Assembly (NCBI GenBank): GCA_963696385.1
Contig: CAVOKF010000005.1
Coordinates: forward strand, 128,001-192,000
DNA length: 64,000 nt
DNA from: an uncultured delta proteobacterium
GTDB taxonomy: Bacteria; Myxococcota_A; Polyangia; Polyangiales; Polyangiaceae
Direction of reading: 5' to 3'
Shown here: positions 1 to 10,109 of the stretch, one piece after another
Layout: every line of letters starts with the position of its first letter
How positions within the stretch are numbered: the first letter of the stretch is position 1
Position numbers and translations under genes: made by a program
The notes under the pieces: model-generated
What the model was told of the DNA's origin: nothing
Database searches by the model: none
Seen by the model: the letters and a program-made list of their open reading frames with translations, nothing else

Positions 1-27
1 GGCTCTCCAAACCAACCGCGCGAACCA

Positions 28-771
28 GTGACAGAAAAGCACGCCATCGTCGCCGGCGCTGAGGCTACCTGGCGCATCGTCATGGGGCGCGCATTGTATA
101 ACGGCGGCTTCGCCGTGCGCTTCGCGACGAGCGGCGAAACCTTAGCTGAGGAGTGTGAACGTGAAGGCGTCACGGTGGTCGTGGCGGCAGACGACCTCGA
201 ACCGCAGGGTGCCGTCGCAGTGCTTGCACAGGCCCGCGCGCGTGGTTCCAGCGCGCCGTGGATCCTGGTCGCACCGCCCAAACACATGGCTGCGGCGCAC
301 GCCGCCGCCAAGACTCTCGGGCGCGCGTCGATCGCGGATGGATTTGCGCCGCCCGAAAACGTGCTTTTCCTTGTCAACGAGCTTCTCGCGGCTCGGGGGG
401 TCGACAAGCGAGCGAGCCCTCGCATGCTGTACGGGACTGCCGTCGCTTTCCGCCCGGCAGGGCGCGAAGAAGACGAGATTGGGTATTCCTACAACGTCAG
501 CGCCGCGGGTCTGTACGTGCGTACCACGGCGCCGCCCGACGCTGGGCAAGAAGTATGGCTCGAAATGTGGCCGCCCCGCGCGGAACGCCGAGCCCGCCTG
601 GCGGGAAAGGTGGCCTGGAAGCGGCCGTTTGGGCCCGTTGGTGGCGCGACTGTCCCTGCGGGGTTTGGCATCCAACTCACCGACGGCCTTTCGGGAGACC
701 TTGACCGGTGGCGGGCCGGCTACGAATCGTTCGTCCAGATCCTGCTCGGCGCGAGCCCCGTCCAGAGCTGA
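28..771 (+). CDS. Receiver-like domain + PilZ domain protein (frame is open to the window edge, so it may start upstream)
   Basis: C-terminal PilZ motifs RASPR (RxxxR) and NVSAAG (D/NxSxxG), then GKVAW...GFGIQL. The N-terminal part resembles a degenerate receiver domain. Confidence 0.75.
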   Translation: MTEKHAIVAGAEATWRIVMGRALYNGGFAVRFATSGETLAEECEREGVTVVVAADDLEPQGAVAVLAQARARGSSAPWILVAPPKHMAAAHAAAKTLGRASIADGFAPPENVLFLVNELLAARGVDKRASPRMLYGTAVAFRPAGREEDEIGYSYNVSAAGLYVRTTAPPDAGQEVWLEMWPPRAERRARLAGKVAWKRPFGPVGGATVPAGFGIQLTDGLSGDLDRWRAGYESFVQILLGASPVQS

Positions 772-774
772 GCC

Positions 775-1950
775 TCAGGTAGCCGCTTCGAAGAGGCCCG
801 CCGCCCCCATCCCGCCTCCGATGCACATAGTGACGATTGCGTATCGCGCGTGCCGGCGTCGCAATTCGTGGAGAACCGTAGCGGTAAGCTTTGCTCCCGT
901 GCATCCGAGCGGGTGCCCGAGCGCGATCGCGCCTCCGTGCACGTTGAGCTTGTCGTCCGGAATCTCGAGCGTGCGCTGAACGTAGACCGCTTGGCTTGCG
1001 AAGGCTTCGTTGAGCTCAACGAGGTCGATGTCGCGAAGAGACAATCCCGTCTTGGCGAGGAGCTTCCGAACAGCCGGGATTGGCCCGATCCCCATGATCT
1101 TCGGATCCACTCCGGCCACAGCATACGCGCGGAAATGAGCGAGGGGTTGGAGGCCTAGCGCGTTAGCCCGGGCCTTGCTCATCATGAGCACAGCCGCTGC
1201 GCCGTCCGAGAGCGGCGACGCATTGCCGGCAGTGACGGTGCCATCCTTGATGAACGCGGGCTTGAGCGCCGCAAGCCCTTCGATCGTCGTGTCGCCACGC
1301 ACTAGCTCATCGCGGTCGAAGGCAATCCCGATGCGGACCCCGTTTTCGTATCGCGTGGCCTGAACCGGAACGATCTCGTCGTTGAACGCACCCGCCTTGA
1401 TCGCCGCTGCCGCCTTCTGTTGGCTTCGAAGGGAGAAGGCGTCTTGATCAGCCCGGGTGATCCCGAACGCCCTGGCGACGTTCTCTGCCGTGATCCCCAT
1501 CGGAACGTACACCTCCGGAAAGCGTCGCATCGCCTCGGGTGAAGCGCTCAGCTTATTGCCGGTCATCGGCACCATAGTCATCGATTCCACCCCGCCCGCG
1601 ATGACGATGTCGTTCGCACCGGTCGCGATCGCTCCGGCACCGATGGCGATGGCTTGCAACCCGCTCGAGCAGAAACGGTTGACCGTCATCGCGCTGGTTT
1701 CGACCGGCAACCCGCCGAGCATTCCGACCACTCGCGCGACATTCAATCCCTGTTCGCCCTCGGGCATTGCGCAGCCGAGCACGATGTCCTCCACGTCACC
1801 CGGTTTCATCCGCGGAACACGCGCGAGCAGGCTCGCCACGACTTGGCCCGCGAGCTCGTCGGGACGCGTTTGGGCGAGCGTTCCCTTGGTGGCGCGGCCG
1901 ACAGCCGATCTGACCGCGTCGACGATCACGATGTTTTCGATCATGGTCAA
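775..1950 (-). CDS. fadA: Acetyl-CoA C-acyltransferase (thiolase)
   Basis: NRFCSSG, NEAF, GHPLG and CIGGGMG thiolase motifs; start overlaps the stop of the upstream fadN. Confidence 0.95.
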   Translation of the reverse strand: MTMIENIVIVDAVRSAVGRATKGTLAQTRPDELAGQVVASLLARVPRMKPGDVEDIVLGCAMPEGEQGLNVARVVGMLGGLPVETSAMTVNRFCSSGLQAIAIGAGAIATGANDIVIAGGVESMTMVPMTGNKLSASPEAMRRFPEVYVPMGITAENVARAFGITRADQDAFSLRSQQKAAAAIKAGAFNDEIVPVQATRYENGVRIGIAFDRDELVRGDTTIEGLAALKPAFIKDGTVTAGNASPLSDGAAAVLMMSKARANALGLQPLAHFRAYAVAGVDPKIMGIGPIPAVRKLLAKTGLSLRDIDLVELNEAFASQAVYVQRTLEIPDDKLNVHGGAIALGHPLGCTGAKLTATVLHELRRRHARYAIVTMCIGGGMGAAGLFEAAT

Positions 1951-4333
1951 TTCCTCAACGGCTTGTTGTTCATCAACATGTATTGCATGCGCTCCTGGCT
2001 CTTCGGTTCACCGCTCAAGCTGACGAAGGCTTCGCGCTCTAGTTCGAGCATTTCGTTCTCGGTGACTTCGTGCGCAGCTCCTGACACGCCGCCGCAAAGA
2101 ACCTCCGCGAGTCGTGTGGCGATTTTCGCGTCGTGCTCGCTCGCCTGGCCCGCCTCGCCGAGGCTTCGTATCAACAGCTTCAGCGTAGCGATCCCGCTGT
2201 CTCCCGGCAGGATGTGCGCGCGCGGTGCTGGCGAATGCCAACCGCTGTCGGCGAGTCCTATCGCGCGCGCCTTCGCGTCGCTTGGCAATCGAGCCCGATC
2301 GAAGCTCACACCCGAGTTGCGCCCAAAATAGCCGAATTCCTTTGCCTCCTCCGCGCTCGTTGCAACGCGGGCGAGTGCGACGTTCTTGAAGACCTGCGTG
2401 ACGATTGCGTATGGGTCGACCGTCGCCCCCTGGGGATCGCTTCCAACGCGCGCCACAGCAAGTTCATACTTCCGCCGCCCGCGGGGACGAGTCCAACACC
2501 GACCTCCACGAGTCCCGCATACGTCTCGGCCGCCGCCTGAACGTTGCCGGCGCCCAGACAAAGCTCAAGTCCGCCGCCGAGTGTCATTCCGAACGGAACC
2601 GCGACCACGGGAACCTTCGCGTACTTCATTCGTTGATTGGCTTCCTGGAAGCCTTGGATCATCGAACGGATTTTTTCCCATTGGTGTTGGCTAGCCGCCA
2701 TGGCGACGAGGAGAAGATTCGCCCCGACGCAGAAGTGCTCGCCCCCATTCACGACGACCATTGCCCGAAAATCACTCTCCGCCTTTGCGACGGCGTCCCC
2801 CATGAGATGAATCACGTCTGGATCAATACTATTCGCCTTGGTCTTGAAGGTTAGGCCGAGAACCCCGTCGCCCAAATCCCACGCTTCTGCGCCATCATTC
2901 TTGAGAACGGGCGTTCCACCCTGGCGCAGGCGCGGCAGTGTGGCCGTGCGCGGATCGGTCACCCGACTGACGACCGCACCCCTGAGCAGGTCGAACACCT
3001 TTCCGTCATCGGTGTAAAAGCTCGTTGCACCTGCGGTCCGCATGGCATCAATCGACTCTGGAAGGGCTATCCCGTCTGCTTTCATGCGAGCGGTGGTTGC
3101 GTCAAAGCCGAGCGCATCCCACATTTCGAAAGGACCAAACTCCCAATTATATCCCCAGTTCATGGCATGGTCGATCGACCCGACGTCGTCGGCAATCTCA
3201 CCGATTCGACGGGATGAATAGGCCAACGAGCGTGACACGACTTTCCAGGCAAAGAGCGCGGCAGTGCCACCGGCCTGACTGCCAAACAGAAGCTCGCGGA
3301 CGCGAGAGGCAGGGTCCTCGATCTGCGCTATTCGTTTGCAAGTCGCACGTATCTCCTGGTCGCCCGTTCGCGCGCGGTAATCGAGCGTTTTTGGATCGAT
3401 CGTCTCGATAGTCCCATCTTTGCGCTTTCGGTAGAACCCGCCATTGGTCTTGTCGCCGAGGAGCTTTCGTTCGACCATCGCCCGGATAAACGCGGGAACC
3501 TGGAAGATGGTTCGATCCTCGTCGGCGGTCAGTGACGCGAAGCAGTTGTCGGCGACGTGGACGAGCGTGTCGACGCCGACGAGATCCGCGGTACGAAACG
3601 ACGCACTCTTGGGGTGACCGAGCGGCTCACCGGTAATGGCGTCGACGTCCTCCGGCGCAAGGCCGTGTTCGAGCATCAAATGAATCGCCATAAGCATCGC
3701 GTGAATGCCAATCCGATTTCCGATGAAATTCGGGGTGTCCTTGGCAATGACGACGCCCTTGCCCAGGACATCCTCCCCGAACTGGCGGGCCTGCTCGATC
3801 ACGTCGGGCGATGTGTCCCGACCGGCCACCAGCTCAAGCAGCTTCATGTACCGGACTGGGTTGAAGAAATGCATGACCAGGAAGCGTCGTCGAAACGAGA
3901 TCGAACGCCCGGCCGTTAATTCACTGATGCGCAGCCCGCTCGTATTGGAGGCGACCACGCAGTCGCTTCGGACAGCGTGCTCGAGCTTCTCGAAGAGGGC
4001 GCGCTTCGGCTCGAGCCGTTCCGTGATCGCTTCCACGACCAAGTCCGCATCACGCACCCGGTCGAGGTCGTCATCGACGTTGCCGATCGAGACAAGACGC
4101 GCCCGATCCCTCGAAAAAAACGCTGCCGGGCGCGCCTTTGCGGCTCGTTCGAGGCCCGCCGCGGCAAAGCGATTGCGTGCCGCGCGGTTTCTCTCGGGTT
4201 TGCCGGATTCGGGCGGTACGACATCCATCAGGAGGACGTCGATCCCCGCGTTCGCTAGATGGGCGGCGATCCCGCTGCCCATGACGCCCGCGCCAATGAC
4301 AACTGCATGACGAATCGGCTTGCGCATTGACAT
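1947..4333 (-). CDS. fadN: 3-hydroxyacyl-CoA dehydrogenase / enoyl-CoA hydratase (FadN-type), split by a 1-nt frameshift at about 2426-2435
   Basis: GAGVMG NAD motif, SNTSG, HFFNP, crotonase GGGLE...EVGVG. The C-terminal part (GATVDPY...[11 protein letters not shown]) continues in the frame of ORF 1947-2561. Confidence 0.9.
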
Positions 4334-4398
4334 CGCTCCTCACGAATTTTGGCTGATGCCGTGACCACACGTTCAGGATTCAGGAACCCCGCCGCCCG

Positions 4399-4998
4399 TC
4401 AACTTTTCTCGGCGGTGAGCGCGGCCTGGACCGCCGGCCGGGACTCGATCCGCGCGTAGAACGTCGTGAGCGAGGGCCAGCGCGCGAGGTCGATGCCGGT
4501 GAACTTGGTCCAGCGGAGTACATTATAGAGATAGCCATCGGCCACTGTGAAGGTCTCGCCCAATAGGTACGGCGTCTTCTCGAGTTGACGTTCCACCAGA
4601 TCGAGCCGAGCGGATACACGGGTGCGCGCTTGGTTCTTGGCCTCTTCGGAGGCAGACCCGAAGAGCGGACCGAACGATTTGTGAATCTCGCTTGCAACAA
4701 AGTTGAGCCATTCTTGCAGACGGTAACGGGCCATCGTGCCGGCAGGCGGAGCAAGCTTGGATTCCGGGGCTCGGTCGGCGATGAACTGGTCGATGACGGC
4801 GCCTTCGGTCAATCGGGCCCCGTCGTCGAGCTCCAGCACCGGCACGTATCCCTTCGGATTGATGGCGTAGAAGTCGGCCCCGCTTTGGGTTCTATGCGAT
4901 CGCGTATCGACACGCACGAGCTCGAACGGCAACTCGGCCTCCAGAAGCGCGATGTGCGGGTGGAGGGAACAAGCGCCCGGACTGAAGTAGAGTTTCAC
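4399..4998 (-). CDS. gstA: Glutathione S-transferase, beta class
   Basis: MKLYFSPGACSL, NPKGYVP, SEIHK; GTG start preceded by AGGAG. Confidence 0.93.
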   Translation of the reverse strand: MKLYFSPGACSLHPHIALLEAELPFELVRVDTRSHRTQSGADFYAINPKGYVPVLELDDGARLTEGAVIDQFIADRAPESKLAPPAGTMARYRLQEWLNFVASEIHKSFGPLFGSASEEAKNQARTRVSARLDLVERQLEKTPYLLGETFTVADGYLYNVLRWTKFTGIDLARWPSLTTFYARIESRPAVQAALTAEKS

Positions 4999-5055
4999 GG
5001 TCGTCTCCTTTTCGGTGAGGTGAGAATGGATGTCGAACCATGCGCTTCGGTGGCG

Positions 5056-5868
5056 TCATCGTGCCGCTCGTCCCGCCTCGACGAACCGCACCTTGGCGCC
5101 GGGCGGCCGGGCCATCAGGGCGCCCACATCGGCGCTCACCACGGTGGCGATGACGGGATACCCTCCCACTGTCGGGTGGTCCGGGCCGAGAACAATAGCC
5201 TCTCCGCAGGCAAGCACCTGAATCGCCCCTCGCATCATAGGGGCGGAACCGGCTTGATCACCATCCAACCGAGCCAGCGCGGGGCCCAGAAGTTGTAGCC
5301 CCGTTCGATCCCCGCGTGGGGAGATGCGAAATGTCGCGGACAACAGCAGATCCAGGGCGCCTCGGCTGAAACGCTCGACGTCCGGCCCCACCACGACGCG
5401 GATTCGCGCGTCCGGATCCGGAAGGGGCGGGAGCGGGTACCGTTGCACCTCGGCGGATCCAGGTCGCAATATATCCCCCTTTCTCAACGGCCGCCCCTCG
5501 TGGCCGCCGAACGATCCGGCGAGCAACGTACCCCGACCCCCTAAGACGTATGCAACGTCGAGCCCGCCGCGGAGAGCGACGTACCGAACGCGGGCTGCGC
5601 CGCACTCGATTGTCCACGCTTCGAGCGGCTCGAGGTCCCGAGCTTGCGCTTCGTCGCTCGCGACGTGCACCGGTGCGAGGGCACGCAACCTCAAGGTTCC
5701 GACGATTTCGATCGCGGCTTCGTCTCGACCGTTGCCGACGCGGGCATTGGCGCGCGCAAGCCCAATTGGCACGAGCGCTCCCCCGTGGGGAATGCCTTGG
5801 TGCATCGATCCGGGGCGCCCGCCATCCTGAACGGTGGCCACGCCGGCGACGGCCGCGATCTCGATCAA
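5056..5868 (-). CDS. pxpC: 5-oxoprolinase subunit C
   Basis: TVQDGGR, DRTGLQL, GAIQV, DHPTVGGYPVIA; in an operon with pxpA and pxpB. Confidence 0.88.
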   Translation of the reverse strand: MIEIAAVAGVATVQDGGRPGSMHQGIPHGGALVPIGLARANARVGNGRDEAAIEIVGTLRLRALAPVHVASDEAQARDLEPLEAWTIECGAARVRYVALRGGLDVAYVLGGRGTLLAGSFGGHEGRPLRKGDILRPGSAEVQRYPLPPLPDPDARIRVVVGPDVERFSRGALDLLLSATFRISPRGDRTGLQLLGPALARLDGDQAGSAPMMRGAIQVLACGEAIVLGPDHPTVGGYPVIATVVSADVGALMARPPGAKVRFVEAGRAAR

Positions 5869-6473
5869 TGGGCCACCGGCCTGAACCGCACTCGGTCACC
5901 GATCGCGAGCGACGCGCCTCGCAGAACGTCGAAGGAAGTGAAGTCGGGGGCCGTTCCGATTACATTCCAACCGCCGGGCGACGCATGCGGGTACACGCCC
6001 GTGTAGGGCCCTCCGATTGCCACTGAACGCGCGGAGACGCGCGGTCGTGGCGTTGGCCGCCGCGGAACCATGAGCCGGGGGTCCAACCCGCGCAGATACG
6101 CGAATCCGGGTAAGAAACCGACTATGGCGACGACGTACTCAGCAGCCGTATGAAGCGAGATAACATCTTTTGGGGTGGCACCGATTCGGCGCGCCACGTC
6201 ACTCAAGTCTTCACCGTCGTAGCGAACGGCAATGGTGTGTTCTCGTCCGGGCAGTGCGACGATGGACGCATTGAGTACGCGCACCAACACCTCGTCGAGC
6301 CCGTCGGGGGGCTCGGTCGAATCGAACACGACGAGCGCGTGGCTCTCGGTCACGACGGCGTCGACCACGTGCGGGTGAGACCGCAAAGCCCCGAGTAGGG
6401 CGGCGACATTGACGGGGTCCGGCAACCTTGCTCGAAGAGCTCTGTCACCGAAGGGCTCCATCACAATGCTCAC
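5865..6473 (-). CDS. pxpB: 5-oxoprolinase subunit B
   Basis: PFGDRAL, YDGEDL, GFLPGFAYL, SPGGWNVIG. The GTG start at 6473 overlaps the pxpA stop; the longer ORF-track start is spurious. Confidence 0.88.
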   Translation of the reverse strand: MSIVMEPFGDRALRARLPDPVNVAALLGALRSHPHVVDAVVTESHALVVFDSTEPPDGLDEVLVRVLNASIVALPGREHTIAVRYDGEDLSDVARRIGATPKDVISLHTAAEYVVAIVGFLPGFAYLRGLDPRLMVPRRPTPRPRVSARSVAIGGPYTGVYPHASPGGWNVIGTAPDFTSFDVLRGASLAIGDRVRFRPVAH

Positions 6474-7171
6474 GTTAGTCCGCCTGCTGCGTGGGCATCG
6501 AGCGCGTTGCGAACCGCAGCTGCGAGCGCGGCGCTCCGCGGCGTGTCGCCGTGAATACAAACGGTTTCGACGTTCAAGCTCAAGGCAAGTTGGCGCGCAC
6601 GGGCGGCTGCGCTGGCAGGGTCCACGATCAACGCTCCTGGTTCGCTTCGCGGCACCAGCGACCCGTCCAGGCGCTCGCCTCGGTCGGCGAAAGCTTCGCG
6701 GGCGAAGCCCAGGCCGGCGCGGGCCGCAGCGCTCGCCAGGGCCCCGGAGGACGGGCCGACGACGGTGATGCGCTCGCCGAGCGATTGGAGAGAAGCTGCA
6801 ACGAGCGCTTCGGCGAGCGCCGAGTCGCGATCGGCTGCGTGATACAACGCCCCGTGCGGCTTCATATAAGCGATCGGTTGGCGCGCCTTCCTGGCGAGCA
6901 CTGCGAGCCGAGCACATTGGGCCGCGACGCTCGCGAACAGAGCGGCCGGCGACATGTCGAGTGGTCGGCGACCAAACCCCTCCCGATCGGGGTAGGAGGG
7001 GTGGGCACCGAGGCGCGTCCCATGTGCGCGGCAGAGCTCGATGGCGCGCTTCATCGAAGCGTCGTCGCCGGCATGCCCGCCGCACGCGACGTTTGCGATG
7101 TGAGCGCACGCGTAAAGCGCCTCCGATTCGCCGGCCAACTCACCGAGGTCGACGTTTAGCCGGACGCTCAC
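6470..7171 (-). CDS. pxpA: 5-oxoprolinase subunit A (LamB/YcsF)
   Basis: LNVDLGE, NVACGGHAGD, GAHPSYPD, KPHGALY, CIHGD. Confidence 0.93.
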   Translation of the reverse strand: MSVRLNVDLGELAGESEALYACAHIANVACGGHAGDDASMKRAIELCRAHGTRLGAHPSYPDREGFGRRPLDMSPAALFASVAAQCARLAVLARKARQPIAYMKPHGALYHAADRDSALAEALVAASLQSLGERITVVGPSSGALASAAARAGLGFAREAFADRGERLDGSLVPRSEPGALIVDPASAAARARQLALSLNVETVCIHGDTPRSAALAAAVRNALDAHAAGGLT

Positions 7172-9141
7172 GACGCACCCTTTCGTCGAGCCTTCATTTC
7201 GCGCACGATCCGCTCGATAAGGCCGATGCTGAACGGCTTCTCCAGGTGTCGGTTGTCGACGGATGCGAGAAACTCCGCGGCAATTCTTGTGAACGCACCG
7301 CCGGTCATGAACACGATGCTTTGCTCGAGGCCAGGATACTGCTTTCGGAGGACTCGGTAGAACTCGATCCCGTCCATACCGGGCATAACCAAGTCGCAGA
7401 AGATGACGTCAAAGGCGTCCCCGGATCGAATGGCGGCAAGCGCGTCGAAAGCGCTTGTGGTGGCAACCACGTCGTGTTCGGCAGCGAGGAGCTCCCGTAA
7501 TGTATTCGCTATCTGCGGCTCGTCGTCGAGCACGAGGACGCGCGCTCGGGCGCCAGGGCGTACCTGGACCGGCTCGTTCGGAATGGTTGCCGCGTCGCCG
7601 GGCATCACATTCGTTGTTTGCAGAACGACGTGAAACGTTGTGCCGTCGCCCGGCACGCTGTGTACGGTGATTTGCCCGCCCAGTGAGGCGACGATCCCGT
7701 GGCAAATCGATAGCCCGAGGCCCGTGCCCACCCCAAGCGGCTTCGTTGTAAAGAATGGGTCGAAGATTCTTGGCAACACTTCCGGTGGTATTCCTTCTCC
7801 GTTGTCGGCCACTTCGAGCACAGCGGACTGTTCGGAATGTGGCCTAACGTAGACGCGAATCTCGTTCGTGGCGGCGCGGGCCTCGGGAAGTGCCTGTGCC
7901 GCGTTGAGGAGCAGATTGAGGACGACCTGCTCGAGTCGCCCTTCGTTCGCCCACACGGGTCGTACAGGTTCGAACGATGTCGTGATGCGCGCCCGAGGGC
8001 GAATCTCGTGTGCAGCGAGCTTGATCGCCGACCGGACCACGGCCGCCAGGTCCAAGCCGCGCCTCGTTTCGTCGTCGGCACGCGAAAAGCTGCGGAGCTC
8101 GCGCACGATCGTGGCCACGCGCTCCGCACCGCCGCGCGCCTCGTTGAGCATCTCGGCCAGACCTTCCATGCTCTGCTGAGGCTGCCTGCCCTCGGAGAGC
8201 TTGCGGGCAATCCAATCGAGATTGAGGATGACATATGCAAGCGGGTTATTGATCTCGTGCGCGACGCCTGCAGCCAGTGTACCGAGTGCGGCCAAGCGGT
8301 CCGCCTGGATGAGCCGGGCTTCGAGCATCCTTCGCTCGGTGACGTCGCGCCCCATCGCCAGGATCGAGGGTTTGCCCTCGTATTCGAACGGCACGCTGCT
8401 GATCTCGAGGAGTAGCGTCGATCCGTCGTAGCGCCGGACGTGATACACGTACGGTGACGGAGGCAGGCCCCCGTCCATCAGGAGCCTCATTCGGGCCTCC
8501 ATCAGCACCACGTCGTTTGCGTGGACCAACTCCGAAAGTGGCACCGGGTAGAGGTCTTCCGCCGTTCGGTATCCGAGCGCCGCCACGAATGCGGCGTTCG
8601 CGTACACGATGTGCGTTTTGACGAAAATGCCGATTGGCTCCGGAGCCTTCTCGATTAACTCGCGGAAGCGAGCCTCGGCCCGAAGGTGCGCCTCCTCGGC
8701 GGCGCGGCGTGCGGTGGCATCGACGATGAACGCTACGACTGCCGGCCGGTCGTTCAGCATCGCGTCCGTGGCCGTCACGCCGATGGGCTGGCGACGCCCG
8801 TCCTGGCGAACGACCATTAGCTCGTACGACGCCTGACCTATTTCGCCGCTCGCGCGCTTCTCGAGGCGCTCCTGGACACGCGCACGATCCTCGGGCGCGA
8901 CGTGATCCAGCGGGTCGGTGCGCATGAGCTCGTCCACGGGCCAGCCGAGAATGTCGGCCGCTACGTCGCTGATATAAATATTTCGTGCTCGACCCCCTAG
9001 GTCGAAGACCGATACGGCGACGCCGATACGGGCGGCGCGCGCGGCGTCCAGCATCGTCCTGCCGAGAACGCTCAGGTCGACGCCAGGGGGGAACCGATCG
9101 GAGTAGTCGACCATCGTACGATCAGATTCGCTGCCGGACAT
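7168..9141 (-). CDS. Hybrid sensor histidine kinase (2x PAS, HisKA, HATPase, receiver)
   Basis: HEINNPL, NLLLNA, DNGEG, FFTTK, GTGLGL, C-terminal LDDE...CDLVMPGMDG...KPF. Start placed at ATG 9141. Confidence 0.92.
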   Translation of the reverse strand: MSGSESDRTMVDYSDRFPPGVDLSVLGRTMLDAARAARIGVAVSVFDLGGRARNIYISDVAADILGWPVDELMRTDPLDHVAPEDRARVQERLEKRASGEIGQASYELMVVRQDGRRQPIGVTATDAMLNDRPAVVAFIVDATARRAAEEAHLRAEARFRELIEKAPEPIGIFVKTHIVYANAAFVAALGYRTAEDLYPVPLSELVHANDVVLMEARMRLLMDGGLPPSPYVYHVRRYDGSTLLLEISSVPFEYEGKPSILAMGRDVTERRMLEARLIQADRLAALGTLAAGVAHEINNPLAYVILNLDWIARKLSEGRQPQQSMEGLAEMLNEARGGAERVATIVRELRSFSRADDETRRGLDLAAVVRSAIKLAAHEIRPRARITTSFEPVRPVWANEGRLEQVVLNLLLNAAQALPEARAATNEIRVYVRPHSEQSAVLEVADNGEGIPPEVLPRIFDPFFTTKPLGVGTGLGLSICHGIVASLGGQITVHSVPGDGTTFHVVLQTTNVMPGDAATIPNEPVQVRPGARARVLVLDDEPQIANTLRELLAAEHDVVATTSAFDALAAIRSGDAFDVIFCDLVMPGMDGIEFYRVLRKQYPGLEQSIVFMTGGAFTRIAAEFLASVDNRHLEKPFSIGLIERIVREMKARRKGAS

Positions 9142-9321
9142 ATGCCGCGTCAACCAAACGAATCCAATCCGGGCGCCTTGTCCTGCCGTAAGAAGCGGAT
9201 GTCTTCCTTGGGACGGAGTGCCATGACGCCGCTCGCCGCCGCTGAAGATCCCCTGCCCATCCACGCAACTTCGCACGTTTGCCGGGATCGAGTTGGACGC
9301 GCATCTGCAAAGCGCGAGCCC

Positions 9322-10038
9322 TCAGGGCTCCTCCCCCGGGGGCTCGAGAGTCGCCGCGTGCGCGGTCGCCCAACTGCCCCTGCGTGTAGGGTAGGCAAGC
9401 TCGCGCCGAAGAACGTCCAAAAAGTGCGCCCGGGGCCATTCTCGCGCCCCCATAGAGAGCGTATGCGATGTCGCGACCTGCGCGTCGATGACGCGATGGC
9501 CCCAGGCGGAAATCGTCTCGGCGAGGCGGACCAACGCCACCTTCGAGGCGTTGGGTCGCCAGGAAAACATGGACTCCCCGAAGAACATGCGACCGATCGA
9601 CACGCCGTAGAGTCCGCCGACGAGTTCTCCCTTTTCCCACGCCTCTACGGAGTGGGCATATCCGAGTCGATGGAGCTCCAAGTAAGCGCCCTCCATGTCT
9701 TCCGTAATCCACGTCCCGTCCTGTCCCGTGCGTGGCGTTGCCTTGCAGGCGCCGACCACGCGCGCGAACGCTTCGTCCATCCGCACATCGAACGTTGCTT
9801 TGGCGAGTTCGCGGCGGAGCGTGCGTCCAATGTGAAGCTCGTCGGCGAGCAGCACGCAGCGTGGGTCGGGGGAGTGCCACAGGATTGGTAACGACTCGTC
9901 GTACCAAGGAAAAATTCCGCAACGATAGGCAAGTAGCAGGCGCTCCGGCGAGAGATCTCCGCCGACCGCGATGAGCCCATCTTCGGCGTCTTCAGGCGGC
10001 GGAAATGCTAGCGCTCGTCCGAGAGCATACACAGGCAC
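9322..10038 (-). CDS. aat: Leucyl/phenylalanyl-tRNA--protein transferase
   Basis: GGDLSPERLLLAY, GIFPW, WHSPDPR, FFGESMF, ASKVA. Confidence 0.95.
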   Translation of the reverse strand: MPVYALGRALAFPPPEDAEDGLIAVGGDLSPERLLLAYRCGIFPWYDESLPILWHSPDPRCVLLADELHIGRTLRRELAKATFDVRMDEAFARVVGACKATPRTGQDGTWITEDMEGAYLELHRLGYAHSVEAWEKGELVGGLYGVSIGRMFFGESMFSWRPNASKVALVRLAETISAWGHRVIDAQVATSHTLSMGAREWPRAHFLDVLRRELAYPTRRGSWATAHAATLEPPGEEP

Positions 10039-10109
10039 GCGGCCGAATATAGCGCGGACTGGATAACGCTACGAAGCGACGCCGCGGGTTCCGGACGACT
10101 GCCAGCCTC

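Noticed and set aside
5865..7109. 414-aa ORF suggesting a long PxpB fusion
   Set aside because: The N-terminal half is an alternative frame of pxpA; the real start is 6473
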